Source of the DNA: Nostoc sp. DedSLP01
Lineage (GTDB): Bacteria; Cyanobacteriota; Cyanobacteriia; Cyanobacteriales; Nostocaceae
Length of the DNA stretch: 64,000 nucleotides
Reading direction: 5' to 3'
Assembly (NCBI GenBank): GCA_034530875.2
Contig: JAVRCJ020000024.1
Span: 1 to 64,000 of the forward strand
Of the stretch, positions 30,047 to 40,184 are shown one piece after another; position 1 is the stretch's first letter, and each line of letters opens with the position of its first letter. A program made the translations under genes and the position numbers. A model generated the notes under the pieces. The model worked only from the letters and a program-made list of their open reading frames with translations, was not told the DNA's origin and did no database searches.

Positions 30047-31027
30047 TTAGTCCTTGCGTGCAATGCGCTGCTGGAAAAGTACGACCACAAGTAGAAAGGC
30101 ACCGCGGAGGACAAGCTGCCACCAAGGAGTAATGGTTCCCTCAAGATTTAAAAGGTTGTACATCATTCCTAGTAAAAGTACGCCGACCAATGTCGGAAAC
30201 ACGCTCCCCTGACCCCCTCCAAGAAAAGTTCCTCCCATAACTGTTGCCGCGATCGCATCTGTCTCCCAGCCAAAGGCAGCCACAGGCTGGCCTGCTCCTA
30301 GACGACCTGCAAGGACAACGCCAGCCAACCCTGCAAGCAAACCGCTGAAGGTATAAACTGCAAGCTTAACTGAATTTGGGTTTACACCCATGAGCCGGGA
30401 TGCTTCTTCGTTGTTGCCAATTGCGAATATATGCAAACCTAATCGGCTTCTGTGCAACATAAACCAAGCTGCAAAATATAAAAGTGCAACTAGCAGCACG
30501 GGGACAGGAACAAAACCGATAAACCCCCTGCCCAGCCAAACCAGTCCTGATGCTGTTGATGATACGGGGATGGACTTTTCTTCAGTGATGCTCAACGCCA
30601 GACCGCGTGCAGCGCTGGCTGTGAATAATGTCACAACAAAGGGCTGGAGTCGGGCGCGAGATACCAGAAGACCATTGATTGCTCCGAGTAACGTGGTGCT
30701 AGCAATACCGCAGGCGATCGCTAAAAAGCTTCCTTGTCCAACGAGCATTGCCGCAACGACACCGCCCAAAGCAACGAGGGAACCCACGGACAGATCGATT
30801 CCTCCACTCAAGATGACGACAGTCATACCCAGCGCCACGATCGCCAGCATACTGTTCTGGCGCATGATGTTCGTGAGATTAACAGGCGTCAGGAAGGTTT
30901 GATAACGAAACGATGCGAAAACAACCAAACTCAGGAGTACGAACAGTACGCCCTGGGAAGCCAGCAGCTTGGCCAGACGCTTCAACAGCCGCAAACCCCC
31001 AAAGGCAAAAGACCTTGTGGCAGTCAT
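30047..31027 (-). CDS. Sugar ABC transporter permease (RbsC/YjfF-like)
   Basis: GGIDLSVGS, AIGNNEEASRLMG and DAIAATVMGGT. Confidence 0.9.
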   Translation of the reverse strand: MTATRSFAFGGLRLLKRLAKLLASQGVLFVLLSLVVFASFRYQTFLTPVNLTNIMRQNSMLAIVALGMTVVILSGGIDLSVGSLVALGGVVAAMLVGQGSFLAIACGIASTTLLGAINGLLVSRARLQPFVVTLFTASAARGLALSITEEKSIPVSSTASGLVWLGRGFIGFVPVPVLLVALLYFAAWFMLHRSRLGLHIFAIGNNEEASRLMGVNPNSVKLAVYTFSGLLAGLAGVVLAGRLGAGQPVAAFGWETDAIAATVMGGTFLGGGQGSVFPTLVGVLLLGMMYNLLNLEGTITPWWQLVLRGAFLLVVVLFQQRIARKD

Positions 31028-31033
31028 GACGCA

Positions 31034-32029
31034 TTACACCTCCTGAGGACGCTGTAAAAAAATCGCAAAAAGAATGATTACAGATTTCAAAACCAATGAC
31101 CACGTAAAGGGAATTAAGAGCATATTAAAACTTGTAGAGATTACCTGCATCAACAATGCTCCTGCAACAGTGCCCAGGACATTGGCACGACCGCCAGAGA
31201 AAGGCGTACCGCCAACAACAACGGCGGCGATCGCATCAAATTCGGCGTTGACACCAACCTTACTCGGATCGCCCATACCAAGCCTTGCTGTTTCAATGAG
31301 TCCGGCAATTCCGGCAAGCAGGGCGCTAATCAAATAGACTATATATTTCACCCGCTGGGCGCGGATACCCGCAAGCCGTGCAGCTTCTTCATTGCCGCCG
31401 ACTGCAACGATATGGCGTCCAAAAAGCGTAGACCTGATACAAAAGAAAGCTCCGGCGATGGCGACTGCTGCGATCGCAACCTGAATCGGTATAGAACCTA
31501 CATACCCCTTTCCCAGCGCTTCAAATGTGGGATGAGTGAAGGGAACGAGCTTACCATCTCCGATAACCTGAGCAATCCCCCGCCATAAAATCAGAGCCGC
31601 CAAAGTCACGATCAAGGCATCAAGTTTCAGGCGGGAAATGAGAAACCCATTAACAAGACCAATCAACAAAGCACTGCCTAAGGCCAAAAAGATGGCAACA
31701 GCCATACCATATTTAATCAGCAATGCCACAATCACAGAAACCAATGCCATAGTAGAGCCAACCGTAAGGTCGATGCCACGGGAGGCGATGACAAAAGTCA
31801 TCCCAACGGCAACTAACATTGTCGTGGATACCTGGAGCAACATGTTAAATGTGTTGCTAACTGTAGCAAAACGCGGAGTGAAAACAGCGTTCGCAACATA
31901 GAGAATTATAAGTGCCGCAGGCGCGCCGAAGTTTGGATTCCACAGAGTTCGCCAACCCAAACCGAGCTTTTTGCTATTCATTTGCTTTTTGCTCTGTTTT
32001 ACATTTTCTACCGACAGTTTCCCGAGCAA
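31034..32029 (-). CDS. Sugar ABC transporter permease (YtfT-like); start uncertain
   Basis: GIDLTVGS, AVGGNEEAARLAG and DAIAAVVVGGT. Confidence 0.9.
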   Translation of the reverse strand: MLGKLSVENVKQSKKQMNSKKLGLGWRTLWNPNFGAPAALIILYVANAVFTPRFATVSNTFNMLLQVSTTMLVAVGMTFVIASRGIDLTVGSTMALVSVIVALLIKYGMAVAIFLALGSALLIGLVNGFLISRLKLDALIVTLAALILWRGIAQVIGDGKLVPFTHPTFEALGKGYVGSIPIQVAIAAVAIAGAFFCIRSTLFGRHIVAVGGNEEAARLAGIRAQRVKYIVYLISALLAGIAGLIETARLGMGDPSKVGVNAEFDAIAAVVVGGTPFSGGRANVLGTVAGALLMQVISTSFNMLLIPFTWSLVLKSVIILFAIFLQRPQEV

Positions 32030-32033
32030 TCCA

Positions 32034-33575
32034 TTACCCTACACCCTTTTCATCCTCTGCACCTCCAGCCATTACGTGCAGAATTGTCTTGATGTTCTTT
32101 TCCTCGCCACTCAGTTCTGCGACTGACTGCCCATCACGCAGGACGACAACACGCCGTGAACCTTCCACGAGTTCTTCTACTTCCGATGAAATCATTAGAA
32201 CTCCCAGTCCTTGGTTTGCGAGTTCGGCAATCAACCGCTGAATCTCGCGCTTTGCACCAACGTCAATACCGCGAGTCGGCTCATCAAGGAGAAGAAGTTT
32301 TGTATTCTTGCACAGCCATCGGGCTAGAAGCACCTTCTGCTGATTGCCGCCAGAGAGTTCGTGAATCTTCTGCTCGGTGCTGGCCGCCTTGATACCAAGA
32401 CGCTGCATAAAACGATTGACGAGTTCGTTCTGCCGTTTGCGAGAAACGATGCCCCATTGGGTAAGGTTCGGTAGTGCAGCAAGGGTAAGGTTTTCCCGTA
32501 CTGAAAGCTCAGGAATGATACCGTCCGCCTTGCGATCCTCGGAAAGGAAAGCTATTCCAGCGTCAATAGCATCGTGAGGATCGACCAGGGATAAAGGACT
32601 ACCTTCGAGTTTTACGGTTCCATCCTCAAGTGGTTCCGCCCCAAATAGAGCGCGTGCCGTTTCGCTGCGACCAGAGCCGAGCAGCCCTGCAAGCCCGACG
32701 ATTTCGCCATGCCGCATTTCAATGGAGACGCCATTGAGCCGTTTTTTATATTTGAGAGCTTCTGCTTGGAGTAGCACTGGCCGATCTATTGTATTTTGGG
32801 ACTGTTGGGCAAATGCCGTGACTCCTTTGCTCACCTCTTCGGGCTGGCGACCCAACATATAGCAAACGAGTTGCAGACGATTGAGGGCTGACAGCGATTC
32901 TGTAACAATGTTGCGCCCATCACGCAGTACCGTCACGCGATCGCACACGGCATAAAGTTCTTCAAAACGATGGCTGACGTAGACGATGGATGTCCCTTGC
33001 GACTTTAGCCGACGCATAACATCAAAAAGGACAGCAACCTCAGTTTCCGTCAGCGAACTCGTGGGTTCATCCAAAATCAGCACCCGCGCACCAAAAGATA
33101 TAGCGCGAGCGATCGCTACCATTTGGCGATGGGCAATATTGAGCGAACCAACCACCGATCGCGGATCGATATGCAACCCCAGGCGCTCCAGAATATTGGC
33201 GGCCTCAGCGTTCATTGCCCGTTTATCGATGATGCCGAACCGATGCGGCTCCCTGCCAAGAAATATATTTTCGGCAACCGTGCGGAAATCCACCAGTTGG
33301 ATTTCCTGGTATACGGCTACGATACCTGCCGCCTGTGCTTCCGTCGGGTTCTGAAATGCAACGGTGTTCTGGTCGTACTCGATAACACCTGAATCCCGTC
33401 GATAAGCCCCCGTCATAATCTTGATCAGCGTCGATTTGCCAGCGCCATTTTCTCCGACCAGTGCATGAATTTCACCTGCGTTCAGTTCAAAATCCACCCC
33501 CCAAAGCGCTGGCACCCCGGAAAAACTTTTTTTTATGCCCCTCATACACAGGACATTTCGAGTCGCCTGATTCAT
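32034..33575 (-). CDS. Sugar ABC transporter ATP-binding protein (RbsA/YtfR-like)
   Basis: Two ABC domains with GENGAGKST, LDEPT and LSGGNQQK. Confidence 0.93.
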   Translation of the reverse strand: MNQATRNVLCMRGIKKSFSGVPALWGVDFELNAGEIHALVGENGAGKSTLIKIMTGAYRRDSGVIEYDQNTVAFQNPTEAQAAGIVAVYQEIQLVDFRTVAENIFLGREPHRFGIIDKRAMNAEAANILERLGLHIDPRSVVGSLNIAHRQMVAIARAISFGARVLILDEPTSSLTETEVAVLFDVMRRLKSQGTSIVYVSHRFEELYAVCDRVTVLRDGRNIVTESLSALNRLQLVCYMLGRQPEEVSKGVTAFAQQSQNTIDRPVLLQAEALKYKKRLNGVSIEMRHGEIVGLAGLLGSGRSETARALFGAEPLEDGTVKLEGSPLSLVDPHDAIDAGIAFLSEDRKADGIIPELSVRENLTLAALPNLTQWGIVSRKRQNELVNRFMQRLGIKAASTEQKIHELSGGNQQKVLLARWLCKNTKLLLLDEPTRGIDVGAKREIQRLIAELANQGLGVLMISSEVEELVEGSRRVVVLRDGQSVAELSGEEKNIKTILHVMAGGAEDEKGVG

Positions 33576-33841
33576 CGGCTTTACCTCGTTTTTATCATTA
33601 TTGCCGATAGTGGAGATCCTTCACTTCGCACTACAGTAATATTTTTGCCATCGTGGAGGCTCAGGATAGTTCCAGATTATCTTTTTTTTATTTGACGGTG
33701 ATAACTAGCTTGAAAATAGGGTTGCGGGAACGCGCAATAGGTGAATAGGCAACAACAGACTTTTAAACCTATTGCCTGTTCCCTGCTTTATTCTCATTAG
33801 ACGTAATTTATTAATTTTTAATTTTGAATTTTGAATTGTTA

Positions 33842-34843
33842 TTAGTATGCTTCATCTACAAAATCCTTGGCGTTGCTGGCATCGAACAGTCTGTCTTTGA
33901 GAATGATTCTTGGAGGAATTTTCTTGCCTGCAAAATACTCTTCCATCGTGGCGAAAACAAGGGGGCCAAAACGTGGGTTTGACTCGACACTGACGCCAAG
34001 TTCGCCGCGGATAATTGCTTCAAGTGCAGTTTTTTGACCGTCGATTGAACCGACGATCGCATCTTTGCCGGGTTTTATGCCTGCGGATTTGAGAGCCTGG
34101 ATTGCACCTAATGCCATTTCGTCATTGTGAGCATAGACTGCGGTGATGTCGGAACCTTTGGCTTGGATGATGTTTTCCATGACGCGCTGGGCAGCAGCTC
34201 GGGAAAAATCGGCTGTCTGGGTGGCGACGATTTTCATGTTAGGATAATTGGCGATCGCATTACGAAATCCCTTTGCGCGATCGATTGCCACTGATGAACC
34301 TGCCGTTCCAGTAAGTTCGACGATGGATGCCTTACCATTGGTAGCCTTGGCCAGCCATTCACCGACGCGACGGCCTTGGGCAATAAAATCCGAGCCTAGA
34401 AAGCTAACAAAATCTTCGCCTGGTTTTCCTGCCGCTTCGCGATCGATAAGAAAAACCGGGATTTTTGCGCCTCTTGCTGCTTCCAGGGCGGGCGTGAGAC
34501 CTTCATATTCACGTGGTGCAAGAAATATCGCATCTACTTGTCGTGCAATCAAATCCTCAATGTCAGAAAATTGTTTTGATGTCTGCCCTTGAGCATCGGT
34601 CATTAGAAAATCATAAGTTTTCTTACGCTTGGCGGCCTCTTCTTTAATGCTGTTCGTTTCGGCAATACGCCACGGCCCGATGTTCTCAGTCTGCGAAAAT
34701 CCAACAATTTTTTTCGTTTTCTCGCGCACGCACCCAGACAGCGAGAAAACTGCGATCGTAATTACAATGTAGGTGCTAAATACCAGAAACTTTGGCATAT
34801 AAGCTCGGATACTTGAGCATCCAAAACAGGTTTCATTCTTCAT
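33842..34843 (-). CDS. Sugar ABC transporter substrate-binding lipoprotein (YtfQ-like)
   Basis: LSGC lipobox, VGFSQ....PWRIAETNSIKEEA, and YAHNDEMALGA. Confidence 0.9.
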   Translation of the reverse strand: MKNETCFGCSSIRAYMPKFLVFSTYIVITIAVFSLSGCVREKTKKIVGFSQTENIGPWRIAETNSIKEEAAKRKKTYDFLMTDAQGQTSKQFSDIEDLIARQVDAIFLAPREYEGLTPALEAARGAKIPVFLIDREAAGKPGEDFVSFLGSDFIAQGRRVGEWLAKATNGKASIVELTGTAGSSVAIDRAKGFRNAIANYPNMKIVATQTADFSRAAAQRVMENIIQAKGSDITAVYAHNDEMALGAIQALKSAGIKPGKDAIVGSIDGQKTALEAIIRGELGVSVESNPRFGPLVFATMEEYFAGKKIPPRIILKDRLFDASNAKDFVDEAY

Positions 34844-34962
34844 AACCCATGATGTCTGAACGCTACATTGAGCTTATCTCGAAATCCAGACTATTTATCC
34901 CAATTCTTAAAAATTCAGTAACACAATTTAACCTATAAACCTATATAAAATCTAAATTTATT

Positions 34963-34997
34963 CATTACGTTAGCGCAGCGGGGCGTAGCCCATTACG
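34963..34997. repeat. 21-bp short dispersed repeat with 7-bp direct flanks
   Basis: CATTACG-TTAGCGCAGCGGGGCGTAGCC-CATTACG. Confidence 0.6.
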
Positions 34998-36381
34998 AAT
35001 TATTTTGGCATTGGTTAAAAGGTTCTCGAATAAAATAGAGCGCATCGCGTTTTTCAATTTCCATCCCGTCTCTATTCCAACTTCCCCAACGAGTGATGAA
35101 TTTTTTCTGGCGATCGCCGCGCTCAATAGCAACAGTAAAGTTATTCCGGAGTTCCCGATAACATCCATCTAAATTACTCAAGGTCAAATCTAGGGATGCA
35201 ATATTCAATTTATTATCTCCTTTATTGACAAGGAAAAATCCTTCATTACCGCGCTCCATAAGTAATACGCTGGGGCTATCAATCAGAGACAAAATATTTT
35301 CTTTGACATTCTTTCCTTGATTTCCTCGTTGATGTATAATCTGGCGAAATTTAACACCATATTGAATAAAATAACCATTGCGATTATCCAAATTTAATAT
35401 TAAAGGGATGCCACTTTCTCTAGCCAATACAAACGCTGTTGCTAAGAAAGAGTCAGAAGGATCGCTATAGGAATTGATGGCATTAAAATTAATCTCACGG
35501 GCAGTATCATGGTTTCTACCAAAGGTAACGCTACGCGAATCATTTATACCTGCGGAAACTGACAGCGAACGTAAATCTCCACCTAAGCTGAAAGCATTTT
35601 TCATGGAATTGTAGAGCGTAAAATCTGTAATATCAGCAATCCAATTATAATTTTCTGCACTGGTGTCGCTATCTACAATTACCTCAAGGTAATTCCATGC
35701 TTTTCCTTGGCTCTGTTGCTCAACATAGCTGATGTACTCTTTAACAATATCTTCTGGTATATGTTTGGCAGCATCAAACCGAAATCCATCAATTCCTAAA
35801 TCTAATAAATTTTTTAAATAAACTTTGTGAATTGTTTTAACGTTACTAGTAAATATTAGGTCAGGTAGCCCGCCCAACCAACAATTAATTTCTGAATTTC
35901 GATTGCCATCATTATAATTAATACTACAAGGATTTTTTCCCAAATGATTTGAGTCTGAATTAAATTCACTTACAATAAGACCTGGAAATTTAGTTAAATC
36001 TTCAAAATCATCACCACCATCTAAATTAGCCATGTGATTGAAAACAACATCAGCAATTACTTTGACATCACAACTATGGGCTTGATTAATAAGTTGTTTT
36101 AAATCTTCTTGCGAACCTCTACCTTCAATAATGCTGTAGTCCACAGGTTGATAGCGTGCCCACCATTCTGGCGCAGGATTAGATTTTTGGGCTGGAGGAA
36201 TTTGAATGTGAGAATATCCTTGCTTGCCGATTTCACATACAAACTTTTGAATATCAGCGTACTGTCCATCAAATGCATGAAAAATTGCAATTGGTTTTTC
36301 TGCTGCTAATGTCTGAATAGGTGAAATACAAATTATGCAGATTATAAGTGCATAGAAGATAATAGTTTTGAGGAAATACAT
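34993..36381 (-). CDS. Secreted alpha-amylase (GH13)
   Basis: Signal peptide, WWARYQP, DVVFNH, GFRFDAAKH, YLEV and NHD. Confidence 0.9.
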   Translation of the reverse strand: MYFLKTIIFYALIICIICISPIQTLAAEKPIAIFHAFDGQYADIQKFVCEIGKQGYSHIQIPPAQKSNPAPEWWARYQPVDYSIIEGRGSQEDLKQLINQAHSCDVKVIADVVFNHMANLDGGDDFEDLTKFPGLIVSEFNSDSNHLGKNPCSINYNDGNRNSEINCWLGGLPDLIFTSNVKTIHKVYLKNLLDLGIDGFRFDAAKHIPEDIVKEYISYVEQQSQGKAWNYLEVIVDSDTSAENYNWIADITDFTLYNSMKNAFSLGGDLRSLSVSAGINDSRSVTFGRNHDTAREINFNAINSYSDPSDSFLATAFVLARESGIPLILNLDNRNGYFIQYGVKFRQIIHQRGNQGKNVKENILSLIDSPSVLLMERGNEGFFLVNKGDNKLNIASLDLTLSNLDGCYRELRNNFTVAIERGDRQKKFITRWGSWNRDGMEIEKRDALYFIREPFNQCQNNS

Positions 36382-36461
36382 TGCTATGAAAAGAGGATAG
36401 TGTAGGATATTGTTTTACGTAAGTGTTAGAAGCAGCGATCGCAAGCTAAAAATTTTAAACA

Positions 36462-37085
36462 TCAAACAATCACCGAATTAGCTAGCTGTTTAAGAATTTT
36501 AACCACAGTATAAATGTCTTCTTCGCGATCCAGCGAGAATGTATAAGATAACCCGTATATTGGTGTTTCTTGTTTTATTAGCTTAATAAATTTAAATTCC
36601 TGACCATTTGTAACAAAGCCAAATGTTGGTTTGCCAGAGTCAGGATTACCCAACATATAAGCTAAAGCTTGAGGAATTGCAGGTACTAAAGAATATTGCG
36701 CTCTTTTAGCTTCAATTAGAAGTACCCAAAATAGCGGATGAAACACCAATATATCAATACGTCCTCTAACAATTGTGCCTTCATCCTCTGAAGAAATTTC
36801 TACCTCTTGTTCTGAAGCAATGTAAAAAGGTGGTTGATAAAAGCCCCCTAGTCGCAATAGTGGAGAGAGCACCACCATCTTAACAACAGGTTCTAAAATT
36901 GGATATTTCGACAAATGCAAATATTCTTCCTTCACTTGGTTGAGTAGTTCTTTTTCTGAATCTCTCAACTCTGGTAAATCCTGCTGCCACTCTAAAAAGA
37001 ATTGTTTGTCTTGTGTAAGTTGTAACCCAAATTCATCAATGAGTTGGGCTAGGGTGATATCTTTTCCTTGAACAACCTGAACCAT
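36462..37085 (-). CDS. Stand-alone type I restriction HsdR N-terminal-like nuclease domain protein
   Basis: RGRIDILV...IEAKR...QALAYM...GFVTNGQEF. Start placed at ATG 37085. Confidence 0.8.
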   Translation of the reverse strand: MVQVVQGKDITLAQLIDEFGLQLTQDKQFFLEWQQDLPELRDSEKELLNQVKEEYLHLSKYPILEPVVKMVVLSPLLRLGGFYQPPFYIASEQEVEISSEDEGTIVRGRIDILVFHPLFWVLLIEAKRAQYSLVPAIPQALAYMLGNPDSGKPTFGFVTNGQEFKFIKLIKQETPIYGLSYTFSLDREEDIYTVVKILKQLANSVIV

Positions 37086-37214
37086 TTGTCTATACCTTTT
37101 AGTCAAATGGTAATTGAAAATAAAGGTTTTGTGCGCGGGAAGTAGCAAAAACTCGGTGCATTGACGAATCTTTTTGTCCAATTTTCTACATGGCATAGCT
37201 ACTACTACGCATAT

Positions 37215-37502
37215 TTATTTTTTACAGTAGCTTTGCAAATCTTGTGAAGAGTTAACATTTTTTGCGATATATTGTTTTCTACCAATATATTGACCGTGAA
37301 TATTGACCATATAAGGAACAATGTAAGTCAAAATTGCAGAAATCCAGCGCTCAGATGTCATTTGACCAGTCCACAATGCCCAACCATGATTGATTGTGAA
37401 TAAAACAGATCCTATTATTAGAGCTACTTTAAAAGCAGTTGACATCCACTCGCGATTAAATAAGGTGAGTAAATATTCTCTGATAACCTTCTTATGCCTC
37501 AT
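37215..37502 (-). CDS. nrtS: Nitrate/nitrite transporter NrtS-family small membrane protein
   Basis: TAFKVALIIGSVLFTINHG...RWISAILTYIVPYMVNIHG. Start placed at ATG 37502. Confidence 0.8.
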   Translation of the reverse strand: MRHKKVIREYLLTLFNREWMSTAFKVALIIGSVLFTINHGWALWTGQMTSERWISAILTYIVPYMVNIHGQYIGRKQYIAKNVNSSQDLQSYCKK

Positions 37503-37573
37503 TCTGTTACTGTCTTTAATATTTTGTTTTCGGAAAAGATTAAAGGTTTTTGTTTCCTTTTTCCCTTTAACTA

Positions 37574-37687
37574 ATACCAATTCTGTATGAAGATGCACAT
37601 AATAAGACCCCCCTGTAGTCCCCCCTTAAAAAGGGGGGACGGCGACAGCCGGGGGGTAAATATATGCAGCTTCACAAAAAATGGTAT
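37574..37687. mobile_element. MITE with a GC-rich internal hairpin
   Basis: Ends ATACCA..TGAAGATGCA / TGCAGCTTCA..TGGTAT, with internal GTCCCCCCTT-AA-AAGGGGGGAC. Confidence 0.7.
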
Positions 37688-37715
37688 AACAAGTATTTAC
37701 TCACAAGCTTTTGAT

Positions 37716-39023
37716 TTAAACTCTTCTAATGGTAGGAGCATTTAAATAAGCCTGAGGATTCTCAGGATCGAACTCCAGATCATTAAAAAATTTCTCTACA
37801 CCCCGTGATGTACTTGGTGGAATTGCTTTTTCCTGACCAATTAATTTAGCTGCTTCCCGCCATAAATCTTCCCGATTTACAGCATCAATTAAAGGTTTAG
37901 TTTCAAATTCTGGGGAACGATGTCCCCAGCGCATATCTTCAATTAAAAACCACAAATCGTGGCTTTTATAAGGGTAGGAAGCATTCTCGCGCCAAAACTT
38001 AATTGCATGAGGACTATTTTCCACGACGCGGCCGTTTCCATAATCAAACTTGCCAAGTAAGCGATCGCCAATTACATTGCTTTTGACTCCCATCCATTGG
38101 CGCTGGGAGAGAATCTGGAACATTTCTTCTTTATTTTCAAGGCGATCGCACCACATTTGAGCTTCCAAAACTGCTGCGAGCATTGTTTTTGCCGCCTTGG
38201 GATGCTTATCTACCCATTCCCCACGCACTACCAGAGCTTTTTCCGGGTGATTGTTCCACAATTCTCCAGTAGTTACAGCTGAGTATCCAAACCCCTTTTC
38301 GATCAGTCGGTGATGCCAAGGATCTACACAAGAGAAGGCATCCATACTACCTGCCCGCATGTTAGCCACCGTTTGCGGAGGTGGCATCGTAACCAATGAT
38401 ATGTCTCTACTAGGATCGATACCACCATAAGCTAGCCACCAACGCATGAAAAAGTCCCCTGTCGATCTGGGAAAAGGAACGGCACAACGCACAGTTTCTC
38501 CAGCCCTAGTCTTCTGCTCAAATTTTGATTTGAGAGCAGAGCTATCTAAACCAAGGTTTAACTCTTTATAAGCATTGGCAAGTGAAATCCCTTGTCCATT
38601 CACATTCAGGCGAGCCAAGATATACATCGGAATTTTACGACGATAGCTAATCTCTCCCGTGGCAATCAGGTATGCTTGATTAAAGAGTAAATGAGCGCCA
38701 TCCAAGCCACCATCAGATGAGCTTAACATCAGTTTGTCCCGTTGAACAGCCCAAGAAGGCTGCTTATTTACCTGGATATCAGGCATACCATACTTAGCAA
38801 AAAAGCCCTTGACTTTGGCAATGATTAAAGGAGCGCAACTGCTGACAGGGACAAAGCCCAGTGTGGCTTTTCGCACCTCAGGAGTATCGCTTTCACCAGC
38901 ATACACACCCGAACTCAACTGCTTAACAGTGGAGTTAGAAGTGGCACGATGGCTTATGGTTTGAGTTAGTAGAGCTGCTGCACCTGTAGTTACTAAAAAT
39001 TTCCGTCTAGAAAGCTTTACCAT
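37716..39023 (-). CDS. NrtA/CmpA-family ABC substrate-binding protein (Tat signal)
   Basis: SRRKFL, TPEV..ATLGF, GLDGAH, HPEKAL and SYPYKSHDLWF. Confidence 0.9.
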   Translation of the reverse strand: MVKLSRRKFLVTTGAAALLTQTISHRATSNSTVKQLSSGVYAGESDTPEVRKATLGFVPVSSCAPLIIAKVKGFFAKYGMPDIQVNKQPSWAVQRDKLMLSSSDGGLDGAHLLFNQAYLIATGEISYRRKIPMYILARLNVNGQGISLANAYKELNLGLDSSALKSKFEQKTRAGETVRCAVPFPRSTGDFFMRWWLAYGGIDPSRDISLVTMPPPQTVANMRAGSMDAFSCVDPWHHRLIEKGFGYSAVTTGELWNNHPEKALVVRGEWVDKHPKAAKTMLAAVLEAQMWCDRLENKEEMFQILSQRQWMGVKSNVIGDRLLGKFDYGNGRVVENSPHAIKFWRENASYPYKSHDLWFLIEDMRWGHRSPEFETKPLIDAVNREDLWREAAKLIGQEKAIPPSTSRGVEKFFNDLEFDPENPQAYLNAPTIRRV

Positions 39024-39112
39024 ATCGATTAATCTGTTGAAAATTAGTAATATCAGTAGATTGCAAAGTTATCTGTTTAGATTGGCTTTAGGGTGTAGAG
39101 AAAGAATGGCAT

Positions 39113-39262
39113 TAGACTTCTTGCTCTTATTCGGGAAAAGGGGAAGGTGGGGTCCCCTCTGGGGATAAGGGGCGGGGGAAAGGGGGAAAGGTTTGGTATT
39201 TTCCCTTTAACATGCATCCCTTTGACCACAAGAGTGCAAAAAGCACTTTTGCAAAAGGTCTA
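39113..39262. mobile_element. MITE (TAGACyTyTTGCA terminal-repeat family)
   Basis: Ends TAGACTTCTTGC / GCAAAAGGTCTA, the same family as 45690-45761. Confidence 0.65.
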
Positions 39263-39306
39263 TTGATGAGTTAATTACAAACTCAGTTAAGGTTGTGTCA
39301 CAGGGT

Positions 39307-40134
39307 TTAAATTACGTTGCTTACACTGGTTACAACTTGGTTTTCTATATATCTAACTTGCTGCTGTCTGTATAGAAATTGCATCATTTCATGACGAAGT
39401 GCATTATATTTAGTGCTATCCATAATTTCCATCGGAAACCGAGGATATGCAAAGGGCACTTCCAAAACGCGATCAATGGTTGCAGCAGGGCCGTTTTTCA
39501 ACATGACCACGCGATTAGAGAGTAATAGTGCCTCATCCACATCATGAGTAACCATGATGGCAGTGATATCGTTTGTATTACAAATATGCATTAACTCAGT
39601 TTGTAGGGAACTACGAGTTAATGCATCCAAAGCTCCAAATGGTTCATCCAAAAGTAGTAACTTCGGCTTGATAGCTAAGGCCCGTGCTAAAGCGACTCGT
39701 TGTTTCATTCCCCCAGAAAGTTGTTTTGGTTTTTTGCCAATGGCATCTTTTAGCCCTACCATTTCCAGGGAATGAGCAATTAGTTGATAGCGTTCTTTCT
39801 TGGATTTGTGGTGCATTACCTTATTAACAGCTAAGGCGACATTTTCCCAAGCAGTTAACCAAGGTAAGAGGGAATAGTTTTGAAAAACCATCATGCGATC
39901 GTAACCAGGTTTACGTACTAATTGACCGTCAATTTGTACATACCCTTGTGTTGGTTTATCCAACCCAGCCACAATATTTAATAAAGTAGACTTACCACAA
40001 CCGGAATGACCGATGAGGGAAACAAAATCTCCAGGAATGATTTTTAAATTGATATCTTGCAGGACAATATTTTTGCTACCATCCGATAGCTTAAATTCCT
40101 TACCTATCCCTTGAATTTCAACAAAGCTAGACAT
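39307..40134 (-). CDS. Nitrate/bicarbonate-type ABC ATP-binding protein (NrtD-like)
   Basis: GHSGCGKST, VFQNYSLLPWL, LSGGMKQR and LDEPFGALD. Confidence 0.92.
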   Translation of the reverse strand: MSSFVEIQGIGKEFKLSDGSKNIVLQDINLKIIPGDFVSLIGHSGCGKSTLLNIVAGLDKPTQGYVQIDGQLVRKPGYDRMMVFQNYSLLPWLTAWENVALAVNKVMHHKSKKERYQLIAHSLEMVGLKDAIGKKPKQLSGGMKQRVALARALAIKPKLLLLDEPFGALDALTRSSLQTELMHICNTNDITAIMVTHDVDEALLLSNRVVMLKNGPAATIDRVLEVPFAYPRFPMEIMDSTKYNALRHEMMQFLYRQQQVRYIENQVVTSVSNVI

Positions 40135-40184
40135 ATTTATGTTCCGTTAATCTTATTTGAATTAGAATTTTTTCTGCAAACAGG

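Noticed and set aside
30390..34592. Long plus-strand ORFs over the sugar ABC operon
   Set aside because: They are antisense shadows expected in GC-rich coding DNA.
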